From the human T2T-CHM13v2.0 reference genome, Homo sapiens, in assembly GCF_009914755.1 (NCBI RefSeq), contig NC_060925.1: DNA of 64,000 nucleotides; one strand, 5' to 3'. Position 1 is the stretch's first letter. Each line of letters begins with the position of its first letter. The notes beneath the pieces were generated by a model that was not told where the DNA came from, did not search any database, and saw only the letters and a list, made by a program, of their open reading frames with translations. Made by a program: the position numbers and the translations under genes. Of this stretch, positions 39,202-56,608 are shown in pieces.

Positions 39202-40099
39202 TATTTGTATTATTTTTAATTGATGTATTCTTAATTTTTATTGTTTTAGTTTTTAAACAATATTTTGGATCCATGGTTGGTTGAATTTGTGTAGATGGGG
39301 AACATGAGGACACAAAAGCATCAACTGCAGTGGGTAATCTTGAAATGCATCATCAGAGAAATCTCCAACATTAGATTGCTGGGATGATGAAGGTAATTCT
39401 GCAATACAAACAATGTTTTCTCCACGCTGTTGACAACATTGGAGAAATTGACCTTCAACAATCTCACAAATTAATCAAATTTGCTGGATTTAGGTATTGG
39501 AGCCACATTAGCCTTTTAAACATTCTTTGGATAAGTGGATTCTTCTGTGATTGGCTAACAAATGCCACTCTTCCCATTTCCAATCTCTTACTAGAAATAT
39601 TCTGAATACGGTGGACCCTAATATCTCACTTCTGCCTCTTTATCTAGAAGACCTCCTTCTGCCTCCACTAAGGACAGGAAACAAACCTCTTTGTACTTCA
39701 GCTTGTTGTTGTGTTTTGTTTTTGTTTTTTTAGTTTTCCCTTTCTTGGCACTCAAGCCAATTTGTTTTACCAGCACGTCAGTGAGAAGTTGAAGATCTGT
39801 GTTTGAGCCAATGAATTGTCAAGAGCCCTATAGTAGCTGCACAGGATGCTCAATTTTGCTTGTTTTCAGATAGGTTACAGACCTCTCAACATACAACTCT
39901 TAGGCTGGGTGATATTTGACTAAATAGATTAGAAATCAATTTAAATATTAAATCTGTTTCAACTTTAAGAAGAGTTCTTACCAATTGCTTTTCAGTAGAT
40001 TTTTACAGTGATACTGCTGGCAATTTTTATATTTTGTTTGTAGAAATCTCATCATATCTGCCAAGGATTTGAGAATGTGTAGATCTTCAATAATTTATA

Positions 40100-40262
40100 T
40101 TTTTTAAGATACAGGGTCTTGCTATTCTGCCCAGACTGGAGTGCAGTGGCTGTTCACAGACACAATCTTAGTGCACCACAGCTTAAATTCCTGGTCTCCA
40201 GTGATGCTCCTGCCTCAGCCTCCTAAGTAGCTGGAACTAGAGGTGTGCAGCACTGTGCCCAG
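40100..40262 (-). mobile_element. FAM-like fossil Alu monomer
   Basis: Single monomer keeping the 7SL-like segment gcagtggctgttcacagacacaatc. Confidence 0.8.
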
Positions 40263-40774
40263 AGGCATTTTTAATTAAATAACATTTACAGGTAAAAGCC
40301 CAATTTAAATTATGACATAAACATTAATGGAAACTAAGATCATCCATATAATAATACAAGTCAACAGGCACAAAGGCCTCTGGCCTATATAATGGTACTT
40401 GAAAAAAAATCCAGCTCAGTAGTTTCTATAACATTTATGGCTGTTTATGGTTTTTCACATGTCTAATATTTCATTTTCAAAGATTCTGATAACAAATAAC
40501 TTAAGAGAAGAAGTATAATTTTTTTCTTAAAGGACCCATATGCTTTACCAAAAACCTGAATTTTTTTGAATCTCTATTAGCAGTTCTAGGAAGCACAGTA
40601 ATACTACTTAAATGATAGTAACAATAGTTATTTTTAACATCTCCTAAATTCTATCTTTCCAGAGCAGTATGCCTGTCTCCCATATTTTCCGCTTCATCAC
40701 CAATGCTATTCTCCATCCTAGATGTGTAGCTATGATACTATTTTTTCTCTGTTTCACTGATTTTTAATTTGGCA

Positions 40775-41244
40775 TGTGACAGAAAGATAAATCTTGGGGC
40801 CCTCAAATCACTAAGCTAAAGGGAAAAGTCAAGCTGGGAACTGCTCAGGGCCAACCTGCCTGCCATTCTATTCAAAGTCACCCCTCTGCTCACTGAGATA
40901 AATGTATATCTGATTGTCTCCTTGGAGAGGCTAATCAGAAACTCAAAAGAATACAACCATTTGTCTCTTATCTACTTATCCTAGAAACCCCCTCCCCACT
41001 TCTAGTCTTCCTGCCTTTGCTTCCAGTTGTCCTGCCTTTCCAGACCAAACCAATGTTCATGTTGTATATGTTGCTTGATGTCTTATGTCTTCCTAGAATG
41101 TGTAAAACCAAACTGTGCTCTGACCACCTTGAGCACATGTTATCAGGACCTCGTGAGGCTATGTCACAGGCACACTTTTCTCAACCTTGGCAAAATAAAC
41201 TTTTTAAATAAACTGAGACCTGTCTCAGATTTTCTGGGTTCACA
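40775..41244 (+). mobile_element. MER4A-like ERV1 solo LTR
   Basis: aaatcactaagctaaagggaaaagtcaagctgggaactgc; TG...CA ends; 4-bp TSD ggca. Confidence 0.9.
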
Positions 41245-41360
41245 GGCAGTATTTATTTTTAATTTTTAAAATATCAATAATCTTAGTGTTTATCATTTAC
41301 CTATTATGTACATAGTGCTGGAGTGGGTGGTGTGATTGAGAAATGTTATCTAATTGGAGA

Positions 41361-42056
41361 TGTGATCTGACAGACCCAAACAGACACCCCTTTATCAACT
41401 GAAATGAAGCCTAAGGTTAAAGAAACAAAAGTTGTCTACAGGTTGACAGTTCAGGGCTTGGCTGGCATGGCAACTTCCTAAATTCTTATGGCTACAAGAA
41501 CAAACCACACTCTTGCTAAATTACCCAACAATAGGAAATATCAGCCAAATTGTCAGAGCTTTCCTAACTCTCACTTACAACCCAAACCACTACAACTCTG
41601 ATTGGACAGGGGACTGGTCTTGCGAACATTCTTTTCTAATAAGCAACTGCAGCACTTAAGCCAGTTTCAGTCCATTTATAATGGCTGTGAACAAACTGTC
41701 TTTGTGTCCTATAGTTCACCTTTTGATGCAAAAAGCCAAATTCCACCTCATTTTAATGCTAAAACCCCACCAAAAGTGAACATTGGATGTATATTACATA
41801 TATGTGTCCCCATTGCACATGTGCTTGACTCCTTTAATAAATATGTTTATCTTGTTCCCTAAAGCTGCTGAGTATGTATGACTCTATTGAGTAATACAGA
41901 TGCTGTGAGGCATAAAGCCCGACTTACCTGTTCCTGTTTTGAAGACAGCATTTTTGCTTCGTTCTGGAGACTATCTCTTTCTGGTCTGCAAACTGACATT
42001 GTTAATAACGCTCTCCTTTCTACTATTTAGCCACCCTGGTGGTCTTTTGGAGGATA
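41361..42056 (+). mobile_element. ERV1 (MER4-group) solo LTR, family uncertain
   Basis: TG start, LTR-like body (tctgattggacag, taataacgctctc), 4-bp TSD gaga. Confidence 0.75.
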
Positions 42057-42073
42057 GAGAGAAGAGCTATACC

Positions 42074-42480
42074 TGTCTTTATTAGTTAGGGTAGACTGTA
42101 ACCAATAGAACCAAAGTGTTATGTCTCAAAAAGAGTAGAAGTTTATTTCTCCCTTGGGTAATTGTTAAGGTTATTATTGATTATTCTGGGGTGGTAGAAG
42201 CCTTCACTCATTGTAATCATTCAGGAACGCAAGCTGCTGGAAAGCCACCATCTTCAACGTGTTACTCAGGTCTTCACTGACATCATTCAGCTTTCAGGAA
42301 GGGGGAACAACATGGAAAGATACTGCTGGGAGGTTTTATGGGCCCAGCCTGGCAGTGGCATACATTACTTCCACTTTCCTTCCATTGTAAAGAACATAAT
42401 CTTTTAGGTGCCTAACTGCAAGAGGGTATAGGAACCATAAAAGAAGGGAAAAATGGAGTTTGATGGACAATTAGCAGACC
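42074..42480 (-). mobile_element. Old MLT1 (K/L-like) MaLR LTR
   Basis: agaagtttatttctccc; ggcccagcctggcagtggcatacattacttccact. Confidence 0.65.
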
Positions 42481-42747
42481 CTGAAAAAATGTCAGAGAGG
42501 TGAAGCAATGAGAAAATAGCAGGGGGTACGTGCCAAACAGAGAGGTGGAAATCATTAAAAAAAATTTAGGAGTTGAGAGAACATAGAAATCGGTATGGAA
42601 TAAAGCCATTGGGAAGAGCATCACTCAGGAGATGGGACATGATGGGACAAAAGAGCATACATTGGATAAATGGATAAGAAAGATGACAAGTGGGGGAGGG
42701 GATGCCTTTCCCTTGTTTCTCTGTTTTTCTTCCTTTTCCTTTTTTTT

Positions 42748-42854
42748 AAAATTAGTCAAGTGTAGTACTGAGAAACGGGGAAAGAGTAGAACAAGGAGTT
42801 GGATCTGTAACTGACTGAATAATCAAATGAGATAACTCACTACCTTCAGACAGC
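42748..42854 (-). pseudogene. Y1 RNA (RNY1-derived) retropseudogene
   Basis: Minus strand reads gctgtctgaaggtagtgagttatctcatttgatt...cagttacagatccaactccttgttctactctttcccc...cacttgactaattt followed by an A tail. Confidence 0.95.
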
Positions 42855-42947
42855 TGGATCTTCCTCCTTTACAAATGGAATCGGTCTTCCCCTCACAATG
42901 TCTTTAATGCCACTGTCATAAGAAATCAGGCAACTATGTGTCTTCTA

Positions 42948-43156
42948 TTTTTTTTTTAGACAGTGTCTCACTCTGTCACCCAGGCCGGAGTACAGAGGCA
43001 GAATCATGGCTCACTGCAGCCTCGAACTCCTGGGCTCAGGTGATCCTCTCACTTCAGCCTCCTGAGTAGCTGGGACTACAGGTGCATGCCACCACATCCA
43101 ACTAATATTTCTATTTTTTGTAGAGTTTGGGTTTTACCATGTTGCTTAGGCTGGCT
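42948..43156 (-). mobile_element. AluJ-like, 5' truncated
   Basis: Poly(T), right arm, linker and part of the left arm. Confidence 0.93.
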
Positions 43157-43386
43157 ATATCTCTTTTTGATAATGCTTTGACCACCCTACTGAAACTGCC
43201 CTAATTTCCTCTCTTTTCCTTTCTCTTTTATTACTACACTCATGCACACACAGAAAGAGACGAACATTGACTTGGAAAAATTTGCCTTTCGTTTTTGGCA
43301 TTTCTTCTCTGATCTCAACTTGACAATCTATGGCCTAATGATTAAAACACCTTAAACAACTTTCATGCATTTACATACTGGGCATG

Positions 43387-43738
43387 TGATATGGTTTGGC
43401 TATGTCCCCCACCAACTCTCATCCTGAATTGTAGCTCCCATAATCCCCACATGTCATGGGAGGGACCTGGTGGGAGGTAATTGAATCATGGGGGCAGGTT
43501 TCTCCTGTGCCGTTCTCCTGATAGTGAGATCTGATAGTTTTAGAAAGGGTGGTTCTTGTGCACATGCTCCCTTGCCTGCAGCCATGTAAGACATACCTTT
43601 GCTCCTCCTTTGCCTTCTGCCATGATCGTGAGGCCTCTCCAGCCATGTGGAATTGTGAGTCCACGAAACCTCTTTTTCTTTACAAATTACCCAGTCCCGG
43701 GTATGTCTTTATTGGCAGTGTGAGAACAGACTAATATA
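43387..43738 (+). mobile_element. THE1 MaLR solo LTR
   Basis: tgatatggtttggctatgtcccc...gagaacagactaatata; TSD gcatg/gcaag. Confidence 0.93.
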
Positions 43739-44104
43739 GCAAGTGTTGGAAACTGTGGGTAGAAAGGTAAATGAAACAGAATTCTTGCTCTTGAGAAACA
43801 TGAAAAAGGGAAGCTAATAGATTAATTCTTGAACATCATCTAATTTGGATCCTTACTCCAATTTTGTGTGTTTTGCAAAATAGATATTATTTTTATTATT
43901 TTGTTAATGAGGAACTTGGAAATTATAACTTAACTGATTTCCGCAAGCTAGGCAATATTGTAGCTAGTGATGGAAATTTTTCCCTTGTCAGTGCTTCCCT
44001 GCTGCTGTTCCAACCCACTCAGCTTCTTTTTTATTTTCTCTAAATTGTTTTCTTGCATATTCCTGTTTATAGCTATTCCCAGTAACTAAAATAATATATC
44101 TCTT

Positions 44105-44393
44105 TAAGAATTTTTTTTATTTTATTCATAATTATTATTAATAAAGATGAGGTCTCATGTTGCCCAGACTGGAGTGCAGTTGTATAATCATAGCTCACTG
44201 CAGTTTCAAATTCCTAGGTTCAAGTGATTCTCCTATCTCAGCCTCATGAGTGGCTAGGACTACAGGTGCACACCATCATGCCTGACTAATTTTTTAACTT
44301 TTTGTAGAAATGCTTTGTTGCCCAGGCTGGTCTTGAGCTTCTGGCTTCAAGTAATCCTTCCACCTTGGCCTCCCAAACTGCTGGGATTACAGG
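44105..44393 (-). mobile_element. AluJ-like
   Basis: TSD ctaaaataatatatctctt (44086-44104) / ctaaaatgatgtatttctt (44394-44412). Confidence 0.93.
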
Positions 44394-44569
44394 CTAAAAT
44401 GATGTATTTCTTGCAATCAGTTGTTATTTCTGTAAATTCACTTTAACCATACATTTTCTTATATTCTCAGCTACAATATTTCTACTTTAATTATTAAAGC
44501 AAAGGAACATACAAAAAACAATAAGCAAATTTTATAGGTAAAATATGAAGAGCAGACTTCTGGAATGAA

Positions 44570-44610
44570 ATATATATATGTGTGTGTATATATATGTGTA
44601 TAAATATATA

Positions 44611-44642
<32 letters not shown>
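44570..44642. repeat. (TA)n/(TG)n compound microsatellite
   Basis: Direct reading. Confidence 0.97.
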
Positions 44643-45281
44643 AAAATTATGAGCTTTGTGGGAAATTCGGGAGTTGAGAATTTAGTACAGAAACATATTC
44701 TATTGCCAAAATTATGAAGTAGGAAAATTGTCCCACTCACATTCCCTCCAGTTCCTCATAACAGACATCCTTCCCTCCCTCCCTCCATTTATCCATCTAT
44801 TCATTCATTGTTTTTCACAGCACAGTTATTGTGGATCTAGTATATGGTAGGTACTGTTGTGTGCTGAAAGTACGAAGACACAGGTTCTACCCTGGAGGGG
44901 GAAGGCAAATGAACCAAAAATTACAGAATATTCTTCAGCTGCCCAGAGTCCTTTGGCTTCAAGGCCAGGTCCAGGTCTGGATTCCCAAGACTGAAAACTT
45001 TATCCTGGACTTTTCCTTTCCCAGCCTATTTACTCTATCTGTAAGAGATAAATGATTTTCTCTTATATGGGACATGGAACTCATTATCTCAAGACATGTC
45101 ACAAGCTAAAAATATAAACAAACAGCTTAACAAAAACAAAAGAGTTAAGATAAATTCATGTCTGATATTCATAGTTGGCTCCAAATAAAAACTAGGACAC
45201 TTTGACTTCTGAAAGTTATGGCAAGAACAACCAAGGCTTTCTATGATACTTTGGAATCACTGTCACCAGGAAAATTGAGAT

Positions 45282-46043
45282 TGTCAATTGAAGAATGAGG
45301 AGGTTCATAAAAGGAAAGGAGAGCTTTATTTCTTATAAAGGATTGTAGCCTACAGGTAGCCATTCTGACAGGCTTGGAAGTGTAGTCTATGACAGCACTG
45401 GTAACAGGCCCTTCAAGAAGGGAAAGTGTAAGACAGGAATTCATGCTGAATAGGGTAGCCAAACATACATACTCAATAAGGTAAAGGAGAAGTCATGAAT
45501 ATTTATGAAGGGAGAATATGCAAATGTGCAATTGAGCTTCATGCTTTTTCATGAGTAACATGTTGAAAAAATGGTGGTGTTAGCATGATCTGAGGGTGCA
45601 GTTTTCAGCCCTCTGATGTCAACAGGTGAAGCAGAAGACACAAAAACCCACACTGCACATCCTCTGTGAGTGACTCAAAACTGGTCTAGACATGGTGGTC
45701 AGTTTTTAGGAAGAGGTGCATTGTGAAACTGGTGAATTGTCATGTTGAAACTGCAAAGAGGCAGGTAGAGTCTGGTAGCAGCCTCAGATAACTGGCAGAA
45801 GATGGTAAAGAAATGAGTTGTCTGTTTCTTGTTTTCTAGAGCTGGTTTCTGCTTACTCCTTGGAAAAGAATTCTGGTTAAAGATCAATAAGGAAGGGGCA
45901 TGCTAAGGCATGTCTGACCTCTCATCCCATCATGGTCGGAAACTCAGTGTTTAAGGTTTCTCTGTTGTCCCCTTGGTTGAGAGGGGGTCCTTTTAGTCAG
46001 CTGGGTGTTGGGGGGCAGTTTAGGATTTTGCTTTTATTTTTCA
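45282..46043 (-). mobile_element. MER49/LTR48-like ERV1 solo LTR
   Basis: Minus strand starts tgaaaaataaaagcaaaatcctaa...ggaccccctctcaaccaagggg...agagaaaccttaaa. Confidence 0.75.
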
Positions 46044-46319
46044 AAAGTAACAAGAGAAAGAAAGAAATGGAGAAATAAATATGTAAACAAGTGTACTTCA
46101 TCAGGTTGGGCTTCCATACTAGGAAACTTAATTGACTTTTTTCTGGTTGTGACATGGTGACATTTTTAAAAAATGTTCCTTTTAGGGGAGAAAATTATGC
46201 AAAAAGGAAAAGAATACTTTTGAGAAAAATTGGAGGGTGGTTTATTTATTATCTGAACTATGCATAGACTTGAATAATCTTTTGATTAGAGTCTTTAGTG
46301 TCCTTCAAGAAGGGAAATA

Positions 46320-47331
46320 GAGGGTTGGAGCCAAGATGGCCGAATAGGAACAGCTCCAGTCTACAGCTCCCAGGGTGAGTGACGAAGAAGACAGGTGATT
46401 TCTGCATTTCCAACTGAGGTACCGGGTTCATCTCACTGGGGAGTGCCGGAGAGTGGGTGCAGCGCACCTTGCATGAGCCAAAGCAGGGTGAGGCATCGCC
46501 TCACCAGGGAAGTGCAAGGGGTCAGGGAATTCCCTTTCCTAGTCAAAGAAAGGGGTGACAGACGGCACCTGGAAAATCCAGTCACTCCCACCCTAATACT
46601 GCACTTTTCCAATGGGCTTAACAAACAGCACCCCAGGAGATTATATCCCACATCTGGCTTGGAGGGTCCTATGCCCACGGAGCCTCCCTCATTGGCTAGC
46701 ACAGCAGTCTGAGATCAAACTGCAAGGCAGCAGCAAGGCTGGGGGAGGGGCGCCCGCCATTGCCAAGGCTTGACTAGGTTAACAAAGAGGCTGGGAAGCT
46801 CGAAATGGGTGGAGCCCACCACAGCTCAAGGAGGCCTGCCTGCCTCTGTAGGCTCCACCTCTGGGGGCAGGGCACAAACAAAAGGCAGCAATAACCTCTG
46901 CAGACTTAAATGTCCCTGTCTGACAGCATTGAAGAGAGTAGTGGTTCTCCCAGCACGCAGCTTGAGATCTGAGAACAGGCAGACGGCCTCCTCAAGTAGG
47001 TCCCTGACCCCCAAGTAGCCTAACTGGGAGGCACACCCCAGTAGGGGTGGACTGACACCTCACATGGCCGGGTACTCCTCTGAGACAAAATTTCCAGAAG
47101 AACGATCAGGCAGCAGCATTTGCGGTTCACCAATATCCACTGTTCTGCAGACACTGCTGCTGATACCCAGGAAAACAGGGTCTGGAGTGGACCTCCAGCA
47201 AACTCCAACAGACCTGCAGCTGAGGGTCCTGACTGTTAGAAGGAAAACTAACAAACAGAAAGGACATCTACACCAAAAACCCATCTATACATCACCATCA
47301 TCAAAGACCAAAGGTAGATAAAACCACAAAG
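46320..47331 (+). promoter_or_regulatory. L1 5'UTR with internal sense promoter and antisense promoter region
   Basis: Complete 5'UTR, intact YY1 motif caagatggcc; many CpGs have decayed. Confidence 0.75.
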
Positions 47332-48634
<1,303 letters not shown>

Positions 48635-48697
48635 AGACCATCAAAGCTAGGAAGAAACTGCATCAACTAACGAGCAAAATAACCAGCTAACATCATA

Positions 48698-52522
<3,825 letters not shown>

Positions 52523-53120
52523 AACAATGAGAACACATGGACACAGGAAGGGGAACATCATACACCGGGGACTGTTGTGGGGTGGGGGGAGGGGGGGAGG
52601 GATAGCATTAGGAGATATACCTAATGCTAAATGACGAGTTAATGGGTGCAGCACACCAACATGGCACATGTATACATATGTAACAAACCTGCATGTTGTG
52701 CACATGTACCCTAAAACTTAAAGTATAGTAATAATAAAATAAAAAAAAAGAAGGGAAACAACATTTGAACTAAAGCATAAAAATGACACATATTTTAATT
52801 GATAAATCTGAATGCAAAATGATGCCAACAATGAAACCATAAAAAGATTGTGTCTTTCTAAAGCCTTAAGCTTTATAGTTGGTTGAATATTTGTCTTCTA
52901 TTAGTATATTGCTGTGCTCATTTTCCCTGAGCACCTAGGTCTCTCAGCACCAGTGACTATGTTCCATTTGACTAGATTTAAAGTGCTAGTGGATAAAACT
53001 TCTGGATTCTGGGCCTGGCAGGCTATTTCATGTTCTCTGATAAACATTGAAAAACATCTCTAAGTTCTTCCATCATGGGACATGTGCAAGATGTATTTCA
53101 ATTTTCCATGGCATTACAAC

Positions 53121-53675
53121 TGTAGTTGCCTGACTGTTCTTCTTGCCCACTGCACAAACAAAACCAGTTTACTGAGACCATGGTACTATGGTATATAATT
53201 AATTAATTAGCACAAGGCCAGCTATGCAGAAGAACTGGAGTTATCACTCAAATCAGTCTTCCTGAACGTTCAGAGGTTAGGGTTTTGCAAGCATAGTTTG
53301 GTGGGAAGAGAACTAGGGAATGGGTACTGCTGATTGGCTGGGGATGCAATTATAGAGGTGTGGAAAATAGTCTTTGTGCATTGAGTCTGTCTCTGGATGG
53401 GTGGTTGTGGGGTGGGTGGGGGCCCACAGGACAGATGAGTCATCAGTGACTAGTCCAGGTTGGGTAAGTCTGAAAAACATCTCAAAAGAGCAATCTTAGT
53501 TCTACAATAGTGATGTTACCTATAGGTGCAGCTGGGGAAGCAATGAATCTTATGACCTCTGGCCACATAACTCCTGAGCAGTAAGGGATTGTAGAAACAG
53601 CATCTACATTTTAGCAGAATTCAGGGCCCTCCCATAATCCTAATCTTGGTAGGCTTCATTAGTTTTACAAACCTC
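53121..53675 (-). mobile_element. ERV1 solo LTR (LTR8/MER72-like; family uncertain)
   Basis: ttcttcttgcccactgcacaaac, ggagttatcactcaaatcagtct, cattagttttacaaa. Confidence 0.7.
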
Positions 53676-53731
53676 AATATAATATGATTAGCTATGGCAT
53701 CAAAAATCAGTGTAATATTGGTCCATCTTAT

Positions 53732-54324
53732 TGTAGGAACCAAGGGAAAACTTCCCCTTCACCCTCCAAGGGATCACTAATAATCAACTGACAAAAGACA
53801 GATAAGTAGGAGAAAAGGCATACGAAAGTTTGTTTTAACATGGTTAGCACTGGGGAACTTAAGGAGGAAGATTGCCTAATAACCCAATGTGGTACAGAAG
53901 CTTATATACTCTCTTCCATAGGGGAGGGGAGAGATGGGGAATGTAGGCAATTCCTTTGAGGGACCACAGATGATTATTAGGGAGAACAGTGAACTTGTAA
54001 ATGATTCTCTTTGGAATTTGAATGAGCCCTAGAGGCTGGAATTATGTTGTGAAAAAGTCCATCTCCCTGTAGTTGCATTCCTTAGTCTTCTTTTCTGAGA
54101 CAGATAATGAGATTTCAGAGAAGGGAGGAAAACAATTGTATTTCTCTTAGAAAGAAGATTTCTTGGTCAGATAAGGAAATTCCAGAGAGAGTCCCTCCCT
54201 GTGCTTGAGGCAAGGGCTGAGGGACAAGGCAAAGTTAGAGGGACCTTGATTTGCGGGCTGCGTCTAAGGCCTCTTAGCCTGTCATAGCACCAGTGTTTGG
54301 GTTATTGCTTTCTGAGCCCCAACG
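53732..54324 (-). mobile_element. MER39/MER34-like ERV1 solo LTR
   Basis: Minus strand starts cgttggggctcagaaa; 4-bp TSD ttat. Confidence 0.85.
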
Positions 54325-56608
54325 TTATACTCTATCCAAAGGTTTATTTTATTTTAATTTTTTATAAACTCTATGTCCAAACAACTGTAAAACTCACAAC
54401 ATGTGACCTAAGGGTATCATAGTGAGGTTACAGTGACCTAGTAGTCAGTGTGTAATTTCTAGGATTTAAACGGTAAGCTGTTTTCTCTGTGGAGAATGAC
54501 ACTATAGTATACTATTTGGGGTTATGGGCAAGCTAATAGATTTGGCAGTTCTCATTTTTTCCCCTTGGTCAAAAACTACTCAAGTTCTGAATGCAAATAA
54601 GAGATCTCAGAGCAGCCTCAAGTACTCAAAACACTGAACATGGCTCTATAAAACAACAGGGTATAATGAGCTATCTTGGTTTCCAAATTGGGTCTGGGAT
54701 TTTCCAAATTTTACCCCAAATACTGTCCTTTTGGCTTTAATACTCTCTGTACCAGATATATCAGAATGAGAGAATCAAGAGTAAAACAAACTTGCATTTC
54801 CCAAACAGAGAATCAATAATCTTTTTGGAAGAAAATTTTAAAGGATATCAATCATTAAAAAAAGCAAGTCTGGAAACGATGATGTGTCACTCATTATGCA
54901 AATATCATGCTAACTCATAAGGGTGCTTTTCAGACCAGATTATTCTACTTTCAGACAAGCCCACCATATTAGCTTCATTGCACAATATTTAATCTCTGTC
55001 CTTGAAGTTCACAAATTAACTTGCTCTGTGATTTCCTCCTTGTGATAGCCTCTGGCTGTGTTTTTACTGCCTTAACAGCTACTGGCAGGCAGCTTGTCTC
55101 CCACATTCACTACAAAGCAAACAGGAATTTGGTCCCAGGGTAATTGGCTGTTCTCCAGCATAAGAATGCAAGTTATTCATGAGCTTTGTGAGCTTGCTTC
55201 TGACTAACACAGACTGTTTTCACTAGGGAGCACAGGGACAAAAAGAGTTGTGAAGTTTTGAGTCTTCAGGATTATTCCTTTCAAGTATGTGATAACCTGT
55301 GATTCTTCTCCCCAACTATTTTCTAACCGTCCCCGACCTTTTCCACTTCCTTTCATTTCGTAGTGACTACCAGAAATTTACCAAGGAAGCTGCCATGAAA
55401 TAACATGTTTCTTTTAGAAATACAACTGACTCAATAGACAGCTATGGATGTGCTGTTATTTTGGAGATACAGTAAGTTTACAGAACTTTTAAAATTAAAT
55501 CTTAAGCAAAATATGTGGGTAAATGCCAAATAGATTGGTGAGAGCCTAGGTTAACAGTAATTCAAAAAAAAAATGGAGAAAAAGACTTGCAGTTTCAAAG
55601 ATAGGAGCATATATACTTTAAATTTTGAGGTGCTGAATAACAGATTTAAAGTTTACAAAAAATTAAGAGGTTTAAACAAAAATAAAAAAAAAGCTACCCA
55701 TTCATCATGGTCGGAAGAAAGTAAAAGAGAGAATTCTAAGCTCCTAAAAACAGGGGCATCTAAAAAGATTTTCCTTCTTTATTATCTTACCTGAGAGGTC
55801 CATACTGTAAATCTAGATACCATGTTTTCTAAATTATTCTGGAACTACACTACCCACACGACTGTAATATTTAAAATGATTGTCCAAAAATGTATTTAAC
55901 AGAGACACCAACAAATGTTTGAGACTTACAAACAAGATAAATTTGTTAATTCCTTTAGTTCACTCAAAGCTGTACAATGATAAAAAAACCAAAATATTAA
56001 ATATACTGTACACCCTGATTTATTTAAATTTTTATTATTACTTGCTGAAAACTTGAATGGAAAGATTTTGCTTTTTTGTAATGCAATTGTCAATGGAAAG
56101 AATTAAACTCTGTAAAATATTTGAAGAGATTTATTCTGAGCCAAATGTGAGTGACCATGGCCCGGGAGGTCCTGAGAACATGGGCCCAAGGTGGCTGGGG
56201 TGCAGCTTGGTTTTATACATTTTAGGGAGGCATGAGACATCAATCAAATACATTTAAGAAATACATTGGTTTGGTCTACAAAGGCAGGGCCATTCAAAAT
56301 AGGGGCTTCCAGGCTGTAGGGAAATTTAAACATTTTCTGGTTGACAATTGGTTGAGTTTGTTTAAAGACCTGGGATCAACAGAAAGGAATGTCTGGGTTG
56401 TGATAACATGTCGTAGAGACCAAAGTTTTACTATACAGATGAAGCTTTTAGCTAGCAAGCATCAGAGAAAATAGACTGTAAAATGCTTCTTATCAGACTT
56501 AAAATCTGTGTTGATGTTAATGCCAGAGAGGTATAATGAAGCCTGTTCAACCCCCACTTCCTGTCATGGCCTGAAACAGTCTCTCAGGTTAAGTTTTAAA
56601 AGTCCTAA

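Larger units (their letters stand above)
38638..39327 (+). mobile_element. MER2 (Tigger-family MITE), split by two insertions
   Basis: ggatgctcatatcccttacataaaatggcatagta resumes as tttgcatgtaacctaagcacatc after the insert; terminal ggttggttgaat...caactg. Confidence 0.85.

Noticed and set aside
39103-42854. The functional RNY1/RNY3 gene pair
   Set aside because: Both copies have substitutions or indels and A-rich tails, Y3 has a TSD and sits inside MER2, and I see no upstream type-3 Pol III promoter
46433-46760. L1 antisense ORF0
   Set aside because: The ATG at 46760 is present (MAGAPPPALLLPCSLISDCCASQ), but an extra base gives a stop after 23 codons; the 89-aa ORF in the track is the out-of-frame remainder
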